Shown in pieces: positions 1-13,337 of a stretch of DNA of 64,000 bases (position 1 is its first letter; each line of letters starts with the position of its first letter). The stretch covers positions 62,001 through 126,000 of the forward strand of contig JAUGWO010000038.1 in the NCBI GenBank assembly GCA_049724395.1, given 5' to 3'. Both the position numbers and the translations under genes were made by a program. This stretch comes from Spongospora subterranea f. sp. subterranea (lineage: Eukaryota). The notes under the pieces were generated by a model. It was not told the origin of the DNA. It did not search any database and saw nothing but the letters and a program-made list of their open reading frames with translations.

Positions 1-570
1 CTTCTTTTCTGCTGATTTTGACGAATTGGGACGAGGATTTTCAGTTGACTGTTTCCTCATTTTGCCCTCTGCTCGGGTTTCGTTAACGGCAGTAGATGGT
101 GATGGTTTGGCCTGTGTCAATTTCTTCGGTGCAGGCGGCGCCACTTTGGAAACTGGTTCGTCAGATCCGTTCCCCGTTTTCTTATGCTTGCGGCGTTTGC
201 CATCTGAGGAAGTTTCTGGAAGGGCCGCAGAAGCTAGCAATGTCACTTGTTTCGTTCGTTTCTTCGGTTCAGATGGCGTTAGTTCAGGGTCGGGATCGGC
301 AACGGAATCGTCAGGTTTTTGACGTTTCCTGTTTTTGCGTTTGACGTCCCCTTTCCGATCTACGCCAATATCCTCCTCGACCTTCTTCCTTTTCTTGTTC
401 TTGGATGACTCGGCATCCTTATCCGCCGATTTCTTCTTTACGACTTTCGTTCCCGTTTTCGCTTTGAGATGGCCATCCCCGGCCTGTGAAGAGCGATCAT
501 CTTTCACTGCCGCACCAAGCCCTGATTTCGCCGCATGAATATCGGCCAATTTCCTTCTGATCAGGACCTG
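1..570 (-). CDS. Partial Lys/Ser-rich low-complexity protein exon (runs off the left edge)
   Basis: Minus-strand frame is open from about 570 to base 1 (VLIRRKLADIHAAKSG...KNKKRKKVEED...KRKNRKRQKP). It has NLS-like basic clusters but no recognisable domain. Confidence 0.55.
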
Positions 571-938
571 ACACTTCCCAGCAGTAATAGCGGGTTCGAT
601 CATCAATGGGCAAATTTCCCAGTAAAATGACGTCGTTTTCAGACTTTCAGGGCGGCGACGCAGCCTTCACCACAAGTCTGATCGGTTTCTGCGCAGTCAG
701 GAAATGCGCAGTATTTTCACGTTTCGCGCTTTTCGCCATCTCTTTGGCGATCGATGTGTCATCAGAACGCTGATCATCGTGAATGAATATAACAGTGCTT
801 GTGTTTTTTGAGCGTGCACATGAACAATCTTTGGTCAATCACTTTTCCTCCTTTACTGAATTTGCATTATCTGTTAACGTCGTCGATAAAAACATGGCGA
901 GAAAACAGTTTTATTTGATTTTCTATGGGCGTTCCTCT

Positions 939-2912
939 TCATCGTATCTCTTCACGATGTTTCAGAATACAGGTCTCGCTCTCCAGTTGGCGATAGATTT
1001 CCCGTTCCAGTTGGAGTTTCCTGGCCACGGCCCCGTTTTGCTCCTCGATTGGGATGTGCAACGTCGTCGCTGAACCACGTGATAACAACGATCCTTCTCG
1101 GTGAGTGTCGAGAAACAGGAGGAACAGGAGCAGGCGATCCGATATGGATTGCTGCTCACATCGCCGTCCAAGTACGATCCCTTCGGAGAACGCTTCCATT
1201 GCCATTCGAGCGATCGCCTCCAGGAACTCGTCCATATCCAACGGCCCTTCAGAACTTCTGGTTCGCGCTGCTCGAATATGATGGGAAATCCATACGACCT
1301 TGGTGAAGAGCTCAATCAAACGGAAATCAAGGACAATCGCGCGCTTTAACGACAAACCTTTCGGGCGGTAAGAAGGTTCGGAACGATGGCGGTCGACACA
1401 CACATCTTGTCCAGGTCGCATTGGCCAAGTCTCAGGCCGGAATATCCTTGGCCAGGGACGGTGACAAATTCGCCATAGAGCAGGCGGATCCTGGGCTCGT
1501 GCTCGAGCAGAATGGAGCAGACGGTGGGGTCGTGAAGCGGGTTCAGCGATGGCCGTAATCGTGCCGGATGATCGGCGTTGTTCAGATAAACGGTTTGGAT
1601 GACGGCGGTGATCAGCCCCAGCGACTCAGTAATCGTTGCGCCATCGGTCTGGCTAATGCACGAGGCGTGCCATTCCAGGAACAACGCGAATAGGTCCAGG
1701 GACACGGAGACGACGCGGCACTCGCGTTTGAACCGGGCCAGAGCGACGACGGCGTGGCTCTTGCGTATCTGCAGCTTGGCCGGCGCCGTTTGATTATAAT
1801 CGCTGACGAACCGCAACAGGGTCGAGGAGGATATTGTGAATTTTTCATGGCCACCGGAGTCGTCGCGTCGGCAATAGAAATCGAAAACGTTCTCGACGAT
1901 GGTCCTGTACGATCGTGTCCAGGTGACGGTCGTCGGTAGTTGGCTCTCGCTACTGTCGCGAATGGCGACCAAACGTCTCGTGGTTCCAGGGAGGTGTTCA
2001 GTGATCCTGAGCAGGAGCACCTGTAAGTTGAACCGAACCCCGCCGGCGACGGCGGCCAGCATGGAACAGAACTCGGCGAACTTAGCGGACGTGTCTTCAG
2101 ATCCGCGACAACCCAGAAAGACGTGCTTTAGCTCGGCGACGGTGGCGACCTCAGGTAAGATTCCAGTTGAGCGACAGAAACTCATAAACCCATCCAAGGT
2201 CAATCGCAAGCTGCTCCCGCACGCGTCAACGTAAACGCATTTCAGAACCTGGCGATTTTGCGCCAACAGGTCGGCAACAGCGGCGTGTCCCCCAGGCGGC
2301 GACTCGATCGTGTTGGTCCCGGTCAATAACATTGACGACAGGCAATTATTACAGATACTATCCAAACTGTGAGCCAGCGACGCCCGATAAGATCGACTTG
2401 GAAAATCGCCCGATCGCGTTGACAAACTCGAGGAATTGCAGATTTCTCCCTCGGACGGTGGCGACCTGACAACACTCTGAATGGGAATTTGACAGATATC
2501 CAGAGTGTCTTCCGGCACGTACCTGAAGAAAGGCTAAATCCGCTTTCACAATGGCAGCGGTGCGATTTGACAGGGGTAAATGCGACACCAGCTTCCGGAA
2601 TTGAGTCTGGCTGATGCAATTCGAGTCCGGGTTTGTATAACGGATGAACACGGCTCGAAGCAGGTCCATCTTCAACATCGACGTTGGGGACTGCCGAGGA
2701 ATGTCGCTTGAGATATCGGGTTGTTGCGACAGATCAGAAGCGTCGCCGTGTTCGACTTTCGACGATTTGCACGTTTGGCAGCGGGCGGTCTTGGTTGAGC
2801 AGTCCAGACACAGCTGGTCCGAGAACGGAGTTGCCATCGTGCAATCATCACATCGGCCAGGTGGCATCAGCCGGTGCAGATCGTGTTTCGATTCGCACAG
2901 AGCACATCGCAT
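939..2912 (-). CDS. Cys-rich N-terminus plus repeated EF-hand-like/p25-alpha(TPPP)-like helical units; spliced
   Basis: ORFs 2358..2912, 1346..2518 and 939..1421 can be joined by short GT-AG introns. N-terminal CxxC pairs. Repeated units such as LRAVFIRY..ISQTQFRKL..KADLAFLQV..LQFLEFVNAI, FMSFCRSTGI..ELKHVF..FAEFCSML and LDMDEFLEAIARMA. Confidence 0.55.
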
Positions 2913-3121
2913 CTCCAGATGAACAACCGTTTGGCCCTGAAAAAGGGTAGCCCACTCCCCACCTCAATTTTTATTGCAAACGGTACGGTTCTCACGATCG
3001 AGAAGCAACGGAATACGTGGCGTGAACAGAATGGAAAAGAGGTTGATTTATTCGATGCTGATTCAATCGGTCATCTCGATAAAATATACAGGTTGTGAAC
3101 TGATACAGCAAACAGCGAAGA

Positions 3122-4651
3122 TCACGGTTGGCTTTCAGCCGACGAATCGGGGTGGTTATTTCCTGATTGACGTCTGCACACGAAAATGCAGTTGTCCAGC
3201 AAGGCGTAGTCTTGACTTAATCCCACGCTAAACGACATATCTGAGCGCAGATCGGTCGTCAGTTGATGAACCGAGTGCGATGGCGATCAGTGATACAGGG
3301 CAGGCGGGTTATCAGTTCGACATGAAACCCTAATGGTTCCAACACGTCGACCGCCATACTGTTGGCGGCAATGTGGAAATTGGCACTGAGCACCGATTCT
3401 GGAAGTGTCTGACTGGGCATGGTCCACTGCGAACCAACTTCAATTCCCCTGAGGACAGAACCCAAATAAGCGAACCGGTATTGTATCAGCACCATAAACA
3501 TCAATACGGTCTAAACGGGAATACAACTGCTAAGAGTAAGCGCCCGTTATCATTGAGCAAATTTCGGAGAGACGATAGTAAATCTTTCGGGCGGTCGCAT
3601 CTAGGAAAGCACGCTTAGAACCGAAAGTGTGGCGTTCAGGCTTCCTCACCGGTCCAGCACATTCAAGAGCGACACACAATCAAACCTGTGATTCTCATCG
3701 CCGGAAAAATGCGATGATGGATCAAGCGTCACAACACAAGGGTATCCTCGAGCCCTCAGTCGTTTGGCCATCGGCTCTGAAACCTAGTCAGGCATTTCAT
3801 TCGTCATGACCAGCACATTTGGCACGAGATACAACCTCGGTGGTTAGAACCGATTCAAACAGCGGTGCTAAATGAGCAGTGATGCCTCCATCTCCTAAGA
3901 ACTTAAAATGAGGTGACACCACACACGTATATTGTCAGATCGACCTGCGCCAACGTCCAATAATCGGCTACCAGGTGCCGGATACCTGCGCCCATTTGAG
4001 TGGAATAATTCAACGTTTGGAAGATATCACCAAACTCAGATAGACCTAGATACAATGCCGCTTGCTCGGTCGACATGATATGCATCTGCCCTGTGCCACA
4101 GATGCCATTAACATCGGTTGTCGATAGAAACCAGCGAAGCGTTAATGCAGCGCAGATACGAAATATGCCAACCTGAGGATTAAGTCAGGACAAATAACAA
4201 TATATATATATATGTGGTGGGGTATGGGAAGACCTGCCTAGATCTGGAGATGAAAATCCAGGCGGCATCATCTGGCTTGCTCTCGAATATGTTCAGGTGC
4301 TGGGCGTAGTCCCCATATTCCATACTGTACCGGCATTCACAGTTCCAATCGCACTGATGGCGTTGCGATTCGCGCATCGACGTGAGCATCATCTGGGTCC
4401 TATATGCCCTCATCTCTATCACCGTTCCTATTCCCAGATCCCCATATATTATCTGATAATTCAGCCGGGCGATATCGCCAATACGCCAAATCACAGTGGG
4501 AGACTGGAGCTGAGACTGGTTGAAGTACGGAGTTGTCCAATTTTTGCGCAACTCGGTTTTGGTTTTGGGTCACCCCACTGGGGACGTAGAGGTTTTCACA
4601 CAGTAAGTCCGTGACCTCATTGCTGAAAACCACAGTCGATTTGATGGGCAA
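3122..4651 (-). CDS. METTL9: METTL9/DREV protein-histidine methyltransferase; multi-exon, 5' end uncertain
   Basis: Spliced exons read WFLSTTDVNGICGTGQMHIMS, RLLDVGAG|DGGITAHLAPLFESVLTTE (SAM motif I) and VLEPLGFHVELITRLP|YMS..DYALLDNCIFVCR. These match the DREV family motifs. Stop at 3122-3124. Confidence 0.8.
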
Positions 4652-4887
4652 CGGCGTCGAAACCCGGCAATACCCAGTCGAAACCTCGATGGGGAAGAAT
4701 TCTGTGACTCAGATGGTGGATCCCCTCGTCGCCTTCCCGACCTGCCCGAACGCGACCGTAGCTGCAATCGGCCGCTGACGGTCGTAGCAACAAGCGGCGC
4801 CCCGGACGAGAATTTTCACCATTCGCAACAACGTGTGGGAGCTGAGGTTATTGTACCGACGGACGTGATTTCACCTGTCCTGAAGCT

Positions 4888-5130
4888 GTGGAGGCATGCC
4901 GCGACGATGGATGGTATTGGAACAGTCTACGGGTGTCGCGCTCGACTTTCAACCACATTGTGCAGCGTTTAGAGCGATGCGCCCATGAAAACGGCCTCAA
5001 AATTCCAGCGGGCAATGATTATGTCGATATGAGGATGAGGACTGCCATGGCCTTGCAGTATTTATCCCGAGACGGTGGATTCATTGCAACTGCCGCTGTT
5101 TTCGGCGTGTCCAAAGCCGTCTACTCTATA
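4888..5130 (+). mobile_element. PIF/Harbinger transposase N-terminal (HTH) fragment, truncated
   Basis: WYWNSLRVSRSTFNHIVQRL...RTAMALQYLSRDGGFIATAAVFGVSKA resembles the Harbinger/HARBI1 N-terminal consensus (FRMSRxTF...LAxxLxxLAxG..Y..FGVSxST). No DDE core follows. Confidence 0.7.
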
Positions 5131-5279
5131 TTTATCGACTCTAACCCTTTATGCAAAAATGTGTTTCCAAAAGAGATGACGAGAACAATTTTGCCTGAAG
5201 GCCTAAACCTTGATCGGATTCATGTAAGGCAAGCGGTTTGGCAACCGTCGCTTATCTGAGACCGCCGTTTATATCTATA

Positions 5280-5861
5280 TCACCAGAGATGTGATCTCGG
5301 CGTGGGAACGCGTGTATCCAGGTGTGATGGTTTCTGGCTCGGTTTCCACGACTTGTGCTGCATCAGAATAAACATATCTTCTTGCTGAGCATTCTCCCTT
5401 GTCACGACGCATCGTCGACCGAACCTCCTGGAGCTTTTCACGAGGTCATTCGCCGAATTCCATCTCCTCATTATATTCGTTTGGCGATTGTCCTCCTGAA
5501 CACTCTTGACCGCTTCATGGCGCCATCCGCCCCTATCCGCCTCTTTGATGACAGCCGATTGGTAATAGCCTTTATTCCGGCGGATTCGCTGCAGATCGCC
5601 CCAAACCCACTTCGATGGGTCCTGGCGACTTGATAATGTCAACGGGTTTTCGCAGCGAAATTCACCCGACCACTGAACGCCATATGTGGGTGGTAATGGC
5701 TTGGTCCTTCTCTCAAGGAATTGCCTCTCCTTGTTCAGTTTATTGTTCAGCTCCGTTGACGATCGACTCGCCAACGTCGTCCAGCGCGTGACCGGTTTGA
5801 TCACAGGATGTGGACCCTGTTTGTCCCCGTTTGGAACCAGGTGCGGCAGCGCTTCAGGCAT
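5280..5861 (-). CDS. Hypothetical basic protein
   Basis: 193-aa ATG-initiated ORF with natural-looking composition and no recognised domain. Confidence 0.45.
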   Translation of the reverse strand: MPEALPHLVPNGDKQGPHPVIKPVTRWTTLASRSSTELNNKLNKERQFLERRTKPLPPTYGVQWSGEFRCENPLTLSSRQDPSKWVWGDLQRIRRNKGYYQSAVIKEADRGGWRHEAVKSVQEDNRQTNIMRRWNSANDLVKSSRRFGRRCVVTRENAQQEDMFILMQHKSWKPSQKPSHLDTRVPTPRSHLW

Positions 5862-7146
5862 GATATCCGTCCTCGATACGCACTGCTAACGGGATCAAAA
5901 TACAGGGATGGCGAAAATATCTCTTGCCGTGTTATAATTAATATCCCCAACTGCATCTACCACTACCGGCAGAGCAATTCCTCCCTGGCAACGGACAACA
6001 ATGTCATGTGCGCCCGCTACAGGACAATCATGTTAGTACGACGTGGTCAATTGCCCTTTCCGAAAACCCAACAAAATGAAATGGATCAGCGAAATAAATC
6101 GGGGAAAGAAGAGCAGGAAAAAAATCATGAAGCCAGTGAATGGAGCGCCGGACTGGTGTAAACAAACTCCTGGACCATGGTCGGAATGTCGGCAAGCATG
6201 GAATCGGAGCGTTTCTCACGCCCGTTCACGCTCGTTGAGTGTTTCATCCTGTTCGTTCCCCTGAATTGGTTTGCTTCATTGATGATTTCTTCATATTTTC
6301 TGTCTGTCTATCGGTAAGGAATGGTTCTGGCCCTCGTACCACAATGGCCTTCCTTCAAGCGATATTCGCTTGGTGAGGTCTATCGTGCCGACTCTGAAAC
6401 ACGTTGACAAAAAGTGGGTGGGCCGAGCAGAATGTTTATCATCAATGGTTGGCGATTCTGGGCGCGCTGGAAATTTCCGAGAGAAGCGACAATGAGCTGG
6501 ATAAGGAATCTAGGGATTCATCACCATGGCCAGCGTAATTTGAATATGAACGCTTAGCCCATCGTCCGACACCAAACTTATGCGACGACGACGCTAAGGG
6601 CGTCTGGCTGATACGATAATCGCCCGTCGGTTTGTTCTGGGCCTGACGAACGAAATAATCTGTCACGGCGGGATACCGAATTGGTTGGCACATCTCGGCA
6701 TCGAAAACCGGCGCTGATCCGTTGCCCTTTCGATCGGCATTCGACGCGGTCGAATCGAGATATCGGTTCGGGAACCGGATCCAGCTGGAGGAGCGAGCGT
6801 GAACGATCTGGGCCAGCGTCGACATAGGTGCGGAAACTGTTTTGGGAGATTGAGGAATTTTCGGATGAATCCCGTCGATGACGGTTCAGAATATCGCCTT
6901 CTCGTGATTTGGTTGCTTGCTGGACGAGAGACGATAACCGAAAACCTGGCATGGATGAATGAATTGGACGATGAGTTCAACAAGATATGGGACGCCAAAT
7001 GCCAACAACTTTCAGATTTGCTAAACCGCATGAGTCACGTTCCGCCCTACTCGTGTCTGACGGGACGCTACGCTGAGCGTCCAACGCTGACCCAACAAGA
7101 AATGGTAAACAATGCAGTAGAGAAATCGTACATTAAGAATTGCTGG

Positions 7147-8182
7147 CTAAGATAGATATGATTTGAACGCTTCATAGGTGCTCCAGCATATGGCGGCACT
7201 CGGGGTGAAGTACAGACACCTCGCTGTAGCGCCATGGAACAGGGCTCGCGCGCCGCCCCGCTCCACGATCTTCTTGAACACGTTCACGATACCCGACCTA
7301 TCCCCGTTGACTTGTATCATGGTCTTGCAGACGTCGAATGGCGTCGATACCAAGCCGCCTAAGGATCCAGCACCAGCCCCAGCTAGCAAATGGGCAACCG
7401 TTGGAGGACAGGCGAGCGTCTCCGTTAAATGCAGTTTCAAACTTTCGTACGACGCGAAATGCACAGTCATGAAGGGGACGTTCATGGCGACCGTGATCGG
7501 ATACGACGCAAACAGAATCGGGACGCCTTCATTGCGAATAATCGCACGAACGCAGGAGAACACACTGGAGTGTTTGGATCTGTAGACCTGCATGCGCTGC
7601 TTGACGACGTCCAGGGGCGTGACAATGGCGTCATGTGCCATGACCGCACACGCCCCCGATACGCCGTTGATGAACGGGTGATGGCCAGCTGCATGGCCAC
7701 CCAGGTGCTGTTTCACAGTCTCGTACGTGGCGAAATATACGGCATGGGAGGGAATGGCGCCAACTAGGATAGCGGGCAGCCCTTTATACAGCGTTGACGC
7801 CCCTTCTTGACGAACAATTGTGGAGAATGTGTCGGCAATTCCTAGAAATATCGACTGATTTTACGAACGTTTCGGGGCAAGGGGCACGCTATCGCCAAAC
7901 CTTGATATATTGGCATGCCGGGAAGGCCGACCACCTGCATTCGGGTCTTGACCGTGTCCACAGGGAACATGCACAGGTGCTCGGTAAATCCAGCTGCAGC
8001 GCCAGCTACCATCGCCTGTACAGTCAATGTTCATGATGGGACGATAGATGGGAGAGACCAGTGGCTAAATAAAATCGGACCTTGACGTATCCCATCTGGT
8101 GGAGCATCTCCATTTCATCCTCCTCAATATGCGGGACAGATATCGAGACGGGATCAGGAGCCCGCCACCCATCGCCAACCAT
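7147..8182 (-). CDS. Mitochondrial carrier, mitoferrin (MRS3/4, SLC25A28/37)-like
   Basis: Three carrier signatures: PVDTVKTRMQ, PLDVVKQRMQ and PFDVCKTMIQ. Mitoferrin-type residues AGAAAGFTEH, AHDAI and MNVPF..VHF. Spliced; probable ATG at 8182. Confidence 0.9.
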
Positions 8183-8954
8183 TGATGACAAATGCGTCTG
8201 GTGGCCGATTCCGTCGATGATTCCCGACCTTTTGAATACTTTACTGAGTTGATAGCGTCAAAACACCCTCGGACCTGGGGTTAGTGCGATACACCCGGGC
8301 CTCGCACTGCTGGAGATCCGCCGCGGACGCTTGTGTGCACTACGACTGCATGTTAGGAGTACACAGGGCAATGAACAACCGGGTTGAATCAGGCAGAGAA
8401 CCGCGGATTGTTCTTTTATTTATAACTTGACTAACACCCTGATTTTATTTCTGATTGCAAAAATTGCCTTCCCGTCGAAAGACCTGATAGGTTGTGATGT
8501 TGTTGATGGACGGCGCGTGCTCCTTCCAGCCCGACGTCCGAGTGCCAGAATACTGCAATAAATATCTCCCATTCGTGATCACAGCGTTTACTTGTGGCAC
8601 CCTTGGTCGTGGTCCTCAGACAATCGGTTGGGAATATCCGTGTGTGGTCAGGTGTCCTCCCCCTCTTCCCCCACTCCACCTTCGCCCCATCACACGTCGC
8701 GCCCCCCCCCCCCCCCCGACAGTGAAACGTGTTACAGTACCACTGGTCATTGATTGCGCCATGTCGGCCTAGTCACCGGGAACTGCACGGTTTCGGCTCT
8801 GAAAACGGGAATAATTATCCGGAACTGAACGCGATCGGAGCGGGTCGGGGTTTGCCAGCCAGGGGGTGAATCACAAGACTGTTCCAGAACAATCGCTGAG
8901 CCCTGGTCCAATATATCAAACCTCTCACCCCCTGACGTTCGCGAAGATCATGCG

Positions 8955-10924
8955 ATGATGGTGACCTCGGTCATGGACACAATGGAGACGCTACTGCTGG
9001 CCGTGGCCATCCTGCTCATCATCGGATATTTACTGGACCGGCGGCGTACAGTGAAAATCGGCATCACCCGAACCGTTGTCGCAAATAAGGCGCCGCCGAT
9101 TATAGCGAAAGCTGTACAGGAAGAACCGGCACTGGATGGCCCGCCGATAACAATCCTATTTGCGTCTCAAACTGGTATTGGAGAATTTTTCGCCGAAACT
9201 TTCTTCAAGGAGGCGAAAGCTCGTCATTTTAACCCAACGGTTTATGATATCGAGCAGTACGATTATGTTCGCAATTTCGCCAACGAGAAGCTGGTCGTCC
9301 TGTTCGTGTCTACTCACGGCGAAGGTGATCCGCCCGACAGCATGACCGAGTTCCACGCCTGGCTGATGAGTTCGGAGCGGGACAAGTGCCTCACCGGGGT
9401 CAACTACGCCCTGTTCGGCCTGGGCAATCGCCAGTACGAACACTTCAACAAGGCGGCGATCACGACCGACAACCGTCTGTCGTTCCTGGGAGCCAACCGA
9501 ATCATGGAGGTGACGCTGGGCGATGACAGCGGCTGCATCGAGGAGGACAATGAGAACTGGAAATGTCGCGTGTGGCCGGCGATCAACCAGTTCCTGGGGA
9601 TCTCGATGGCCGACGTTGGCTCGGCGCTGATCGTCTACGAGCCGTCGTTTCGCATCATCTACTCGGCAGAGCTACCGGCGCCCGAGGTTTCGTTCAGGAA
9701 CCGGCGGTCGTCGAGCGCGGCGCTGTCGACGCACCGGATCGTCGACCTGATCGAGAACAGGGAGCTCCTGAAGCGTCCAACCGAGATGCTCTCGACCTTT
9801 CACATCGCGCTTAGCACCGCCAATCGCGAGTTGCCTTATGGGACGGCCCATAATGTCGGAATCCACCCACGAAACGACTACAAGGTCGTGGCGAAAATGT
9901 GCAAGTGCCTCGGTGTCGATCCCGAGCAGATCTTCACCCTGAAGCGGTTGAAATTCGGAACCAGCAAGCGATTCCCGGTCCCGAATCCGTGCTCCGTTCG
10001 CGACGCCCTGCTCTGGCACGTGGACCTGATGTCGCCACCGCGCAAGGCGTTCCTGGGGTTCATGGCCCAGTACGCGGCCGATCCCGACGAGAGAAACTAC
10101 GCCTGGGGAACATGTCGCTCCTGATCGGGAAGGACGACTACCACGAGCACATCGCCGTCGACAAGAAAACGGTCCTGGAGCTGTTCGAGATGTTCCCGTC
10201 GGTCCATCCGCCGTTCGAGCACTTCCTCGAGGAATGCGCCCCCTTGCAGCCCCGTATGTTCACGATCGCCTCGTCCGCTCTGCAACATCCCGATCAGATT
10301 CACCTGACCGTGGCCCTGTCTCGCACCGTGAAATCTGCCGGTCGTATTCACGATGGGGTTTGTTCAACCTACATGAAAACGTTGCGCCCTGGCAAAGATA
10401 TGCTGAACATCTTTATCAGGAAATCGCTGTTCAATCTTCCCGAAAAGCGGTCCACGCCCGTGATCATGGTGGCAACCGGAACCGGGATCGCCCCGTTCCG
10501 TGCCTTTATTCAGGAGGGAATGTGGCACTATCGCGAGGCCAAGGGCGACGACAAGCCCAAGCTGCCCGAATGGCACCTGTTCTTTGGCTGTCGTTATGCG
10601 GACGATGATTTCCTGTACGCCGACGAGATCCGGGCGGCCCAGGAAGCTGGCGTCGTGACCGGCGTTCATCTGGCGTTGTCCCGTCAGGATCCGACGACCA
10701 AGGTCTACGTCCAAGACGTGCTCGAGAAATCAGGCGACCTGCTATGGGATCTGATCGACAACAAGAACGCGTCGATGTTCATATGCGGATCTGTAAATAT
10801 GGGCAAAAGCGTCCGAGACGTCCTGCGAGCGGCGATCGCCAAAGGCTGCGGTGAAGCCAAGGCCGGCGACTACGTCACGAAGCTCGCCAACGACGGCAGA
10901 TTGATATCGGAACTATGGGGATGA
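8955..10924 (+). CDS. POR: NADPH-cytochrome P450 reductase with one apparent frameshift near 10094
   Basis: N-terminal TM anchor, flavodoxin motifs (FASQTG, STHGEGDPPD, FGLGNRQYEHFN), FAD-binding PRMFTIAS and GVCS, NADPH-binding GTGIAPF, FFGCR, YVQD, and C-terminal ELWG. Split across ORFs 8955..10124 and 9899..10924. Confidence 0.93.
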
Positions 10925-11730
10925 AGCGCCCTTCTCGTCATGTATATCACTTCGCTATCGGTCGAAAACCTCATTGTGCCCTAATAAAAATGTCCACACC
11001 TTGTCTAGTCCAACAATCATCGGATGCGTTTGGATTTCGCACCCGAATCTGTGCTCTGCGTTGTCGGAGCGGCAGTTTGGCGTGGCAACGTCCTGCGATG
11101 ATCTCGCTCGACCAACGAATCCATGTGTGTGTGTGTGTGATATTATCAAAATCGCGGATGCGATTTTCGACATCGGCTGCCATTAGTTCGATAATGTCCC
11201 TCCCGTCATCGATACGAAACCAGGGATTGGCAGAATAAAGACTCGTCGTTTTTCGGCGCTGAGTTTCTCCAGAAGAGCAACACATCTTGGGAACAAATAA
11301 TTTCTTGAAAACCTGAAACCCAGAATCAGGAATTGAAAGACGTATTCCGTTGACCATTTAGAAAGATTTTCAAGGCAGCAGAAAACAAAAAAAAATGGTT
11401 TTTGCCAGCATCGACGAAGATTGCCTGCAGGTTCTTCAGGCCAATAGAAAATCGATGTGCGAACGGTTGTTCAGTACGTTAGAGGGTGCGATGACGGATA
11501 GCCGAAAGAGTCTCGGGAGAATATCGACCTGCGACTTCTTCCACAAAACTGCATAAATGAGGAATAATGGAACACGTAAATCACTCAAATCGCATATCGT
11601 ACTGTTCAATGGGGGGGGGGGGGGTGTGCTTTTACCATCGGTTCGGTCAGATGAACAACATATTCCGCAGAGCGGGGACGGCGACACACGCGGCATTCGT
11701 TTATCCGGGGTGCCGAACGGCCGGGGGTAG

Positions 11731-12379
11731 ATGGCGCCACCCGACTACCACGAGCGCCAATCACTGTCGCTGTGCGCCGTTCACGCCATAAACAATCTGG
11801 TTAGGTCCTCGCGCGGCTCTCGCCCGACGCCATTTCTAAATCTGGAGGCGTGTTGTTGATAGCTGCAAGGGCCATATGTGTCCCATTCGGTGCTCGATGG
11901 GATCTGCTCGGAATTGGACCCATCCACTCTGTTCAACGCGCATCGATCGGTTCTGCGAATCGGCAATTTCGATGTGAATGTGGTCGACCTGGCTTTGGCC
12001 AGACTTGGATATTGCCTACGATGGTTCGATAAGCGCCTCGGTAAGAATTTTCGAGCCAGCATTGATCGGGCCCTTTCTGATGGTGGAACGCCTCGTGAAT
12101 GATTCAGCTGTGGATAGCGTCGATCTGGGTCCCGGCGACGACAATCACCTGCGGGGGTTCCTGATGAACATCAAGAGACCGCGCGTCTGGTCGCCCTGGG
12201 GTCGGCATTGGATGGCGCTATATCGCGGTGACGACGGGGTCATGTACAATTCCGACTCGTTTCTGCACGCGCCGACCGCCTTCCCAACCAGGCAAGCGTT
12301 TAACGAATTCGTACAGAACGAACTGTCGAATCGCGATGGGCAACTGTTCCTTATAGAGAAAATTCAGAATCCCATGTAG
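11731..12379 (+). CDS. Josephin-domain deubiquitinase (JOSD1/2-like)
   Basis: Exons give MAPPDYHERQSLSLCAVHAINNL, HRSVLRIGNFDVNV, RHWMAL and YNSDS, so the Cys-His-Asp triad is present. Two short introns. Confidence 0.9.
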
Positions 12380-13337
12380 TTTCAGTTGGCGCTATCGGAA
12401 TTAGGTGTGTGTTGGGCGTGTAGCAGCGTCGCCAATCCAGACGATCGACCGTGAGGCGTTAGGCGATCTGACATGAACGCCCATCAGTTCCTGGTCGGTA
12501 TCAGCAGCCCGCGCTCCTGGTCGTTGAACGCCTTCCGACGCGACTCCCGTTAGAGGTCCTAGCGTCGGAGGCGAACCTGAAAAATGAGAATCCCAACTCA
12601 TCTCGATATGCGCGCCGGTGAAATTATCATCCAATTCCCACCCCTTGTCATATCCACAAAATCGTCCTGAATTCGCTTCACCTTCTTGCCAGAACAACAT
12701 AGCTGCGGTTTTGAAGGCGGAACGACATGATGTGTGTTGTCGACACCAAGAGCACCATTGTTTCGTACGTGCGATCAGCCGATCTTACTGGGGTTTCCGC
12801 CGAACCGAGTCCCTAATGCCAGATGGGTTTGACTTCGGTAAGCCCGGCTGAGTCATTTGCATAGGTCCATCAACGACCTTTGTGTAATTACAGCATGTTT
12901 CGAAAATGTGTTAATGAGGGTTTGTATGGACATAGAAGCCTGGCACATTTGTCGTGTTAGACGAGAACGCGTCCGATTCAGCATTCAAGATTGAGGCACT
13001 GTACACCAAGTTAACACGTTCTGTGTAGATTTAGTCAAATCGGACCCTGGAAATGGACAACGGGCCGCAGCGATAGGGTTTGTCTGATCTGATTGGAACT
13101 CGTTCTGACAGACAACAAGCGACACGTCGATAATGGGCTTGGCGGGCGCTGATTGCCGGAGAGCCCGATACTCGGCACCGGATACGTCATTGTGCTGGCC
13201 GGCGGGACAATATCGTCGTGCCCAGGACGATAAGGCTTTGGAAAAGTAGCATTGTCATCGACACATATTGAAATCAAATTGGCGTCAAAACAACTCAATC
13301 GGTTTCGAGTAGGACAAAGCCATTCGAGTTTTCCCAA

